NCBI RefSeq assembly: GCF_009914755.1
Contig: NC_060934.1
DNA: 64,000 bases
Direction: 5' to 3' (one strand)
Source of the DNA: the human T2T-CHM13v2.0 reference genome, Homo sapiens
Shown here: in pieces, positions 54,573-64,000 of the stretch
Layout: every line of letters starts with the position of its first letter
Position numbering within the stretch: the first letter of the stretch is position 1
Program-made: the position numbers and the translations under genes
Notes under the pieces: model-generated
Database searches by the model: none
Told to the model about the DNA's origin: nothing
What the model saw: the letters and a program-made list of their open reading frames with translations, nothing else

Positions 54573-56699
54573 ATTAATATTTTTCTAACTGAACTCAATA
54601 AACATTGATGAACATAAAAGTATTATTTCTTCATTTAAAATAGACATTCAGAATATAAACCAGTATGTGCCACTCTGTATATTTTGATATTCCCTAACAT
54701 GTTCTAAGTATGTTATGTTCAAAATTATACCAAAGTAACTAATATTGGCAAATTAGTCATATTTGTAGTAAGATATTTTTTAAGTCATTTCTTTATTTTC
54801 AGGTTTGTTTTTTTTTTTTTTTTTGTCCAGAACTAGTCTTAAAAGAGAAAGGATTGAAAGAATGCCACTTAATTGTAGAATGCTTCAGGAAAATAAAATC
54901 TCTCTTCAATTAAATCTTTTGAAATAATCTATGCATAGCACTTTCCAAGCCAAGGCATGGGTTGTTTCGTTGCATCTTATGCTATGACAAAGTCCTATAA
55001 TTAGCACATTGGTGTAATCTACCACTGTTTCATTAAAGCTGATTGCATAACTATTTGGGAAGTTAACATGGCTTCTTGAGTACTTGACCTGCCCTTTTTT
55101 TTTTTCTATGCTACAGCTGTTAGTAGGAAGTGAGCAAAGGCATTCATTGCTGAACAGTAGTAGAGAAATAATCCTGGTAAAGGTTATAATACAAGACAAA
55201 GATGGAGTTTCACTCTGTGCATCTCAGACCTTTCCATTTTTAATTGGTTTGGTTTTTTGATGAGACCTCAAATGACAGAACAAATATTTGACAGCTAAAT
55301 TTTTACCAATTTAAAAAGTGAACTCATATTTATTTAAATTACATTTTTAATCATTTATCTTTTGAAAGTCTGATTTTTAAAAGTGAAATGCATTAAAGCA
55401 GTGTGTCCTTGAATTTAAGAGGTTCTACAAGTTGTGCAGAAATGGTGAAATCCATTTAAATGGCTTGAGGTAGGGATAAGAGGTAAATAATAGTTTATTT
55501 TAAAAAGTAGATTAAGCACAATCATGTTATCAAGAGTAACTCTCTTCTGTGTCTTTGGCCACTGTTGAAGAACTGTGTACAATTATATATTTTACTCCTT
55601 AGCAACCCACCCCCAGCTATGGGACATGACACATCAGTCAGCATGGTCCTCTCAAGTTAGGGTAGTCGGATGATCAGAGAAAAATCCAGACTTGCATAGG
55701 AGCACCAATGCCATAAACCTTCATAAAAGCAGTGCTTCAGATCAAGAGGCAACTTTATAGATGTTCCCTACTACAACAGTCTTCCGATAGCTTTAATACT
55801 GAAGTAGTCGCTAACACACTCGTCTGAAAAGAGCATTTAGAAAAGAACAACAACACACACAAAAAAAACCTTGTTGAAAATTCTGCACAAGCAATTTACA
55901 TCCTGACAGAAGAAGGATGGGGTTTATTCTCTTTCATAATTCCTCTGCTACACACTCGCAATACCCTGCACGTTAAGTATCAGGTTTTTCTTGCTAAAAT
56001 TAAAGCGGTTTTCTATAGGAGACACCTTAGGTAAAATTGGCAATGGAGACCAAGTTTATTTCCATTATTTTTAGTTATTTGCACAATACATAAATACGAA
56101 AATAAACTTCTTGCATTTCGTTGTGGAGACTTTTTCATTTGAATATTTCATCCTTCCTAGAAGTTTCTGGGGTTGATGGGACCTTCATCCTAGGCCCTCT
56201 GTCCCTTAAACTATTCTTAGTATGATGCACCTCCCTGTAGCCCTCCCACCATCCCCAAAAAAAGAAAGAGTCAGAGCAGAAGTGGAAACCTTACTAATCT
56301 TGGTATTTCCATCTCTATATTCCCAGAAATTTCAGTGTTTAGGAATTAAAGGAAAAGACAGGAAAGAATGTGTTTTGGAGCAGGAGACAGGAACAGTAAG
56401 AAATGCACAAGATGTCACTAAACTGTCATAGTAAAAATAGTGTTAATAATTATAGATGTTTAGAAAAAGAAAAAAAATTACACCCCAAACAGAAATCAAA
56501 CCCAACATCATGTACTATGGTGTATCAATTAAAATGAATGGGAGTTACATGCAAATACCTCAAATAAAATACCTCAAATAAAAAATGTAGAATACCTTTC
56601 CACTGATGATTTTTAGTTGTCAGGACAAGTGAGACCCAAACAGCAGACAGAATGGTCCCAGCATGCTTGTTGCCTTTTTTTGTTTGCACAGTGGCTGTC

Positions 56700-56790
56700 A
56701 GTTCCAGCCTTGCAGGTAGTGGAACCCAGCCGGAAGAAGGGGCGGGACCCAGCATTGCAGCCTGAACTGAGAGCAAATTTAAATTACTGA
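56700..56790 (+). promoter_or_regulatory. Candidate promoter with adjacent ETS-like (CCGGAAG) and GC-box (GGGGCGGG) motifs
   Basis: cagccggaagaaggggcgggaccc at 56727-56750, at the start of a locally CpG-enriched, repeat-free segment. Confidence 0.45.
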
Positions 56791-56927
56791 GCCTTTTTTT
56801 TCCTTTTTTTATTTTTCTACTCTGCGACAAACTGAAAAGATTCCAGCACGCTAATTTAACCACCCTGCTTCTTCTTTGCCTTTTTTTTTTTTTTTTGATT
56901 TTTTTTTTTTTCTCTCCCTGCTTCTAG

Positions 56928-57024
56928 GATAATTAAAAGAGAAACCTGTAAAAGGCAACATTCCTGTGAGCGAGTTGGTGCTGCAACGTGCTGGTAAGAA
57001 AACGAGTTTAATTTTTTTCATCTT

Positions 57025-57056
<32 letters not shown>

Positions 57057-57379
57057 TTTTTAAAGAGCTGAAGGCTTTGTCTGTCTAATGCAGTCATAAG
57101 CGTGGCTTCCCTGCCGTGAGGGGTTAGCGTATAATGAAAAGGTGTAATAGCCTGATGTACGACCTTCGCGTCATACTTATAATGGTTAATAACAGCATTC
57201 CTGTCTACCCCGATGATGCTTCTCTCTGCAAATGGACTATTTGCCCAGTTGCAACAGGGCTAAGATTGTCGCACTATGACAATGAGTTGTTGATTGTTTG
57301 GAGTTGCGGTGTCCTGTCAGAAAGATTTCTTGACTTTCTCCAAGTTACTTCCTTCCAGGGATGTTACGGGTTTTAATAG
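56928..57379 (+). other. Candidate 5'-UTR exons of an unidentified + strand gene (56928-56993 and ~57066-57379)
   Basis: Polypyrimidine+ctag acceptor at 56927, CTG|gtaaga donor at 56994, polyT+aag acceptor at 57065, TAG|gtacct donor at 57380. Confidence 0.4.
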
Positions 57380-60300
57380 GTACCTTGCAGACCATAACGA
57401 GTTTGCTGTTTACTCATCAAACAGGAAGTGCAATGATGAAAGTTTTTTTTAAGGAATCCTAATTGTCTTAGACTTCCTTAGTTCAGATAATGAAACAGAC
57501 TAAAGTGAGTGCTCAGTAAAGTCATTTTAATCCCTTTCATCTGTAACTAGTCAGGAGTTCATTAGCCAACTAAGAAGAACCTACATCATTTGCAGACCTT
57601 GTATTTGAGATGCTAACTTTGTTCCTCAAAAGGACAAATTTTTATTCAACCCAATTAAATTCAACAAGTATTTCTGTGTATACTCTGCCTGGAACGGCTG
57701 CTGAGAATGTGCTTGCCTGTTACTCTGTTGTGGGGGAATAACTGAAATTAGATAGTGTAAATTTTCAGCAACCAGATTTTCTTACTACCTTTAGCACTGA
57801 CCAGATCACTTAAGACATTTCAGAATGTGTGACCGTTGGCTATAAGATAAAGTTCTCAAGGTTACATATCCTACAATCAACGAACTTCTGTTCTTTTTCT
57901 GCATGTAACTTTTGCTCATGTGAAAAATGCAACTCTGGCTACTATATTTTACATCACATCTTAATGTTATAAAGAAGAAAAAAACATAGACATCTCTTTT
58001 TTTGTACACTAAACATGTCATTTGAAAATATATCCATGTGTCAAACTTTGAGCTTATCCATATTTTAGCCTCAGAAGCAGGAAGACACACGGAGAGGTTT
58101 AGGCTTGTCAATGAGTCTGCTTGGATTTGGGTCAAGAAACTTAGGAACTACAATTTCTCTGTTTGTTTGGTTGTTTGTTTCCTTTAAAAGCACGTGTGAA
58201 ACAGCAAGGAATATATTTTGCTTTCGCCCCATTGTTCTTTGTAAACTGGTGTAGTTTTTATTTTTTTATTTTTTGTCCTTTGGTTTTGAATAGATAACTA
58301 GAAATGTAATGGGGAGGTTGTCAAAAACAGAATGTAGTTACCAAATGTCCATTAAAACCTTTTTCTAAAAAAAAAAAAAAAACTCCTATGGATTTTGAAG
58401 GTTGTATGCTATTTGCATCTTATAGAGAATGTGGCATTCCATACGCTGGTAACATTTGGTCTCGGGTCTCTATAGCTATTCTATCTAATTGTGTCGCTCT
58501 ATATTTAACAGCTCTGAACCATGCCGCCCCTGGGTCCTCACCGGTGCCCCCAGAGCGCTTGAAATGTCTAAAAAGACCTTAGAACATTACAAAGTGTCAA
58601 TTGTTAGAATAATTTCTGCCTCTTTACAACAAGAGAAAATGCTGTGGAGTTAATAGTTCATTTTTAAAGTCTGTTCTTATCCACCGGTAACTGTCTATTA
58701 GCAACATTTCAGTTATAATTGGAATAAATTGTTGCCCAGTAACAAGCGACTAACTCCTTAGCGACTTTCCATAGAATCAGTGACTAGAAATAGCTACAAA
58801 GAGCTAAACGCAAGTCAAACCACAAAAGTACTTGTCTTTTTTTTTATTGTGGAAAAAAATTCATTTCTTTATAATTTTATCATTCTATTCTCAAATTTTC
58901 AAATTGAGGTGCCTCTTCTTTGTAATTTTCTAATTGACCAAAATCCCGTACGTGAAAAACAAAGGCCAATAGATCTTTGAAAATTTTTCCTTCTGGCTTA
59001 AAATAAGAAAGGATAAGCACAACCTCTCAGACTCTGAGTGTTAACAAGATTCTGAGCTAGCAACACCATTAAATGTGAAGAACTGCCATCATCTTTTGCA
59101 GAACGCAATGTAAAATTATGGGTTTCACTGTAGGACTCTGTCATTTGAACTAGTAATCAGTCCATAACACTATAGATTGCTGTAGTTAAAATGATGCTTT
59201 CCCCCATTAACAAAACATTGAATAACACTGAAATTATGTTAGTTAGATTTTACCCTATTTTTTCAATAGAGAGTCAGGAATAGCCCCAAATCCTTTTACC
59301 TAAGGACACGTAATATCAGTTTGTCTTTTCTTCTGCCCTCACTGAAGTGCTATGACATTACAGGCTCAAGAGAAAAATTTCTTAACAATAGTTCTGCATT
59401 TGCCATGAGCTCTTGCGGCATTTGGGAAGGATTTTCACCTTCTACTTGCACAGGTGTTGAAATAGAAAATACCTTCTGACGAGAATACACATTGTTATTT
59501 TACACACAGACATATGGACAAAAATATATATAATGCCAGAATAAACATTAAAGGCAACATGAAAGTATACGGATTGCTCCCTGAAAATACGACATTTGAC
59601 AGTTGCTCAATTTATTATAAATGTTCACTGAGGATCAACTATGTGACAGGAAGTATATCAGAATCTTCAGGAAACAAGAAAAACGAAAAAGCCATGTCTT
59701 GGTCATCAGGGGAATTACAATGTAGTAAGAAATGCAGCAGGTAGACTAGAAAATGTAATTTGATTAATTAGTCTATGATGACCTTAGCATTGTATCAGGC
59801 TATTGGGATCAAGAAAAGTTGTAACTTTATTTCTGAGTGTCTGGAGCTGACATAATGTTTGCTTCTCTCATTTGCTTCAATTCTTCACCTATAGCCACAC
59901 ATGTTTTCTATTTCCTGTGTTTTTTGAAAAAATTCTTATGGATGTAAGTAGTCTTAACAGCTGTAATTTTTGTGTGTTTTTACTGTAAAATAAAAATGGG
60001 CAGGAAGCGCTGAATGGGGTGTCAGGAGGTATCAAGTCTCATTTCTCATCACCCACTGCCTTTGTCATTCATAATCTACTTAGTCCTCTATCCTCCTCAT
60101 CTTTACAAAGAGGAAATGACCCCATCCAACACTATAATTCTTTTATTCCATCCTAGTGGAAGATGGGTAACTTGTAAGGAAAAGAGATGGTTATGGCGGG
60201 CTTGTCCACCTGTGGTTTAAACAAAATACAAGACAATTACCAGCTAACAAGCTCTAAGTCTTAACCTCTGTGTTCGTGTTGAATTGATGTGTGGTTATAC

Positions 60301-60599
60301 CTGCCCCATGATTTTATACCTTCTGTTTTCTTCATTATCATGTTAATGCCCCCAAGACTGTAGAGGAAAATTGCAACAGAATAGTGAGTATATGTTGAGA
60401 ATGCTGTTCTAGCATCTGTTCAAATGCTTCTTACATGTGATCCAAGAAACAAGAATGTCTTTCTCCTGAAACAACGTTGCATAATCTGGTATTTCTATGT
60501 ACCTTTTAAAGTACCGCTTGAGCAATCTGATGAGCTTTCATTGATTTATACACCTGTGAAGCCACAACAATCAAGCTGCAGAGAGTTTCTATTCATACA

Positions 60600-63500
60600 A
60601 AAGTTTCTTGTGTCACTTTGACTCTTGCCTCCACACCTGGCCTTCAGACAGGCCTTCAGATTTGTATTCTGTCACAATAGATTAATTTACATTTTATAAA
60701 ATGTCATATAAATGGAATTATGCAGTATGGATTTTGTGTCTGGCTTTTTCATTTTGCGTACTGACTTTCAGATTCATACATACTGTTGCATACATCAGTA
60801 GATTTTTTATTGCTGAGTAGTATTTCACTATATAAATAAGCAATAGTTTGTTCATCTGTTCACCTGTGGATGAACATTTGGGTACTTTCCATTTGGGAAC
60901 TGTTATAAGTAAAGCTGTATGAATATTCATGTGCAAGCCTTAATGTAGGCATAGGTGTTTCTCTCAGGTAAACAGCTAGAATTGAAAAGGCTGGATCATA
61001 TGGTAGAGATATGTTGAAATGTATAAGAAAAAACCCAGCAGTTTTCCAAAGTGGCTGTAACATTTGATACTTTCTCCCGCAATGTTGGAGAATTCCAGTT
61101 GCTGGGTATCTTTGCCAACATTTTGTGTATTGCCAGTCTTTTCAGTGTTAGCCATTCCAACGGGTATGTAGTATTAACTCGCTGTGGTTTTAATAAACCT
61201 TCCCTGAAATTGAATAATGTGGGGCATCTTTTCATGAACACATTGGCTTATGGTAAAGTATCTGTTCTAATATTTTGTCCAATTTTTATTGGGCTCCATG
61301 TGTCATCTTAATATTGAGTTGTAGGAGTTATTTTTTCTCCTGGATAGACATCTCTTTTCAGATGAGTGTATGGAATACATTTCCTCCCAGTATGTGACTT
61401 TCCTATTATTTTTAATGGTGTGTTTTCAAAGCACAATATATTTTCATTTGAATTAATCCAAATTACCAGTATACCACCAATATACCAACATACCACAATA
61501 TACCAATATACCACTTATAATATACTAGCATAAAAATTTATTTCATGGTTCATACTTTTTTGTGTGGACAAAGTGGAAATGCTAAGATTTTTCTCCTAAG
61601 TGCTTCTCTATAAATTTTATAATTTCTGTGTTCACACACAGTTATATCATGCATTTTGAGCTAATGTTTATGTTTAGTATGAAATAAAAACCAAGGGTCA
61701 ATTTTTTTGTCATATGGAGAGCCAGTTGCTTCAGCACCATTACTAAAAAGACTATTCTTTACCCCCACTTAATTACCTTAGTTTATTTGTCAAAAATCAC
61801 TTGACAGTAGGTGTGTTTGTCATTTTCTGGGATCTGTACCATGGATTTATACATTTATTCTTTCACTAATTCCACATTGTATTGATTAGCTTTATAGTAA
61901 GTCTTGGAAAAAGATACTGTATATTCTCCAACTTTCTCTTTTTAAAAATTGCTTTGGCTCTTCTAAGTTCTCATTTTGATATAAATTTTAGAATTTGCTC
62001 ATAAATATTTACCCCAGTAAAACTTCTGGTGAAATTTTTATTAGAATTGCATCGAATATAAATTCAGCTTGTAAAATTGACATGTTAACTCTATTGAGTC
62101 CTCCATCCATAAACAATTTTTCTGTTGTTCCTCATTTATGTAGTTGTTCTTTAATTTCTTTAAGCAATGGATTGTAGTTTTTGGTACATAGGTATTTCAC
62201 TATTGTTGTGAAATTTTTCCTAAATATTCAAGGGGACTTCAAGAAGGTCATGGAAAAACGGAATTGAAAGTTAAAAATAAAAAATGTAAACTTTATTTCT
62301 CAACATAAGCACCATCAAGGTCAAGAGACTTTTATAAGAAATGATACCAGCCACTTAGTTTATCTCTAAAGAACTGTGAATCCTGAGAATTTAACTGATG
62401 ACAAGGCAACATGTTTTACACTATTAACTGAAGAAAAAATGGTGTCCTTTAAATAATTTTTAGGATTAGAAAACAAAAAGGCAGAAAGAGACAAATCAGG
62501 AATGCAAGGCAGATGCCTAATGACTTTCCACTGAAACTCTTGCAAAATTGTCCTTGTTTGAGAGGAATGAGCAGGAGCATTGTTTTGGTGAAGGACTCTA
62601 TGATAAAGCTTTGGCGTTCTCTAAACACTCTTATACAATAAACAGATACTATCTTTCTTTGGCCCTCCACAAAGTCAACAAGCAAAATGGCTTGAGCATC
62701 CCCATAAAACTGTTGCCATGACCTTTGCTCTTGAGTGGTCTGCTTTTGCTGTAATTGGACCACTTTCACCTCCTGGTAGCCGTTGCTTTGGTTGTACTTT
62801 GTCTTCACGATCATACTGGTAAAGCCATGTTCCATCTCCTGTTACAATTCCTCAAAGAAATGCTTCAGAATCTTCATCCTACTTGTTTAAAAATTCTATT
62901 GAAAGCACTGCTGTTGATTGCTGTTGATCTGGATACAATGGTTTTGGCACCCATTGAGTGGAAAGTTTGCTCAACTTTAATTTCTTAGTCAGAATTGTGT
63001 AAGGTGAACCATTCGAGATGTCTATGGTGTTGGTTATTGCTCCTGCTGTGAATTGTTGGGCCTCTTCAACTAGGGCGTGAACAAGAAAAATGTTTTCCTC
63101 ACAATTTGATGTGGACCATCTGCTGCTGTGGGTTTCATCCTCAACACTGTTCTCATCCCTCCTTTAAACAAGTTATCCATTTGTAAATTGTGAGTTTATG
63201 TGGGTAACTATCCCCATAAACTTTACATAAAGCATCAGTGATCTCATTCTTCCACCCAAGCTTCATTCTAAATTTGATGTTTGTTCTTTCTTCAGTTTTC
63301 ATGGAATTCATGTTGCTCTAGTAGGGGCTCTTTTCAAACTCATCTTGTATCCTTTGTATGCCTCAAACTAGATCCTCTTCAGACGTTTTATAAAAAGTTA
63401 GTATGAATTTATTACAGTGCAAAAAAAATGGAAATCCATGCATAATGTTTTCATAATATGCATTTTTCATGAACACTTTGAAGACCCCTTGCATAACGTT

Positions 63501-64000
63501 TTAGTGTCTTAATAAGTGAAATTTTTTTCCAAGTGCTTGTGGCTATAATATACAAATATTATTGATGTTTGTTTACTGACCTCTTATACTGCTATCTTAA
63601 CAAATTTCCATGTTATCGTGCATATTTTAAAATTCTTATTAGGATTTTCTAAATACACCATCAACTTTTTGATCAAAATGCTTCATTCTTTCCAACTGTA
63701 TGTCTTTTATCCTTTTTCTTAGCTGTCTGAAATATCTAGGACTTCAAGTGAAATGTTAAGTAGAGATAATGAAAGTGAACATCCTTGACATGTTCCCAGT
63801 CTTAAGGGAAACACATTTAGTCTCTCACTGTAGAGAATGAGGTATTTTTATGCAGAGACTTCACCACATAAAGGAGGTGAAGTCCCCTTCTATGCCTGGT
63901 TTGCTGAGAGTTTTCGTAATGAAAGAGCATTGTCCTTCTATGAACTGAGGATCTGATTTGCTAATACTTTTATTAAGAATTTGGTGTCTTTTTTCATGAA
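60600..64000 (-). mobile_element. Old L1M (MB/MC/MD-type) 3' end and ORF2, split by Hsmar2
   Basis: Minus-strand ORF remnants ALLITVPKWKVPKCSST and LPYDPAFSILAVYLRE; antisense ORF2 continues after 63492. Confidence 0.8.
62229..63491 (-). mobile_element. Near full-length Hsmar2 mariner transposon (defective transposase)
   Basis: TIRs caaggggacttcaagaaggtcatggaaaa / ttttcatgaacactttgaagaccccttg; minus-strand ORF includes DAQAILLVDFVEGQRKI, matching mariner WD.QGILLVDFLE; ~1.26 kb. Confidence 0.88.

Noticed and set aside
56553-56583. Short tandem duplications (aaatacctcaaata x2; similar ones near 14992, 44013 and 60639)
   Set aside because: Ordinary slippage events, expected at this frequency
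57250-57320. Possible microRNA hairpin (attgtc...gacaat)
   Set aside because: The stem is only ~6 bp and matches no mature miRNA I recognise
62449-62835. Functional mariner transposase CDS
   Set aside because: Only a short stretch is in the transposase frame; the catalytic motifs are frameshifted

Overview
AT-rich primate (almost certainly human) genomic DNA, dominated by interspersed repeats: Alu, L1PA/L1M, L2, MIR, MaLR and ERVL LTRs, an ERVL pol remnant, Tigger/hAT DNA transposons and a near full-length Hsmar2 mariner. I can support no protein-coding CDS; the long ORFs come from a stop-free 20-bp minisatellite, from repeats, or from an inverted duplication. Notable structure beyond the repeat annotation: (1) a gap-free, ~94%-identical inverted duplication of apparently unique sequence (arms ~230-245 bp, spacer ~240 bp) at 18869-19600; (2) a 34-unit 20-bp VNTR with 5-unit higher-order periodicity at 3746-4437; (3) a repeat-poor, CpG-enriched promoter/5'-exon-like region with splice signals and many upstream ATGs at ~56700-57385 (+ strand; gene not recognised); (4) a minus-strand splice-site cluster next to an MST LTR at 17339-17692; (5) one clear and one candidate twin-primed (5'-inverted) L1 insertion, and a short templated duplication 2.25 kb from its source. 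Repeat subfamily names are from visual recognition, and old-repeat boundaries are approximate.
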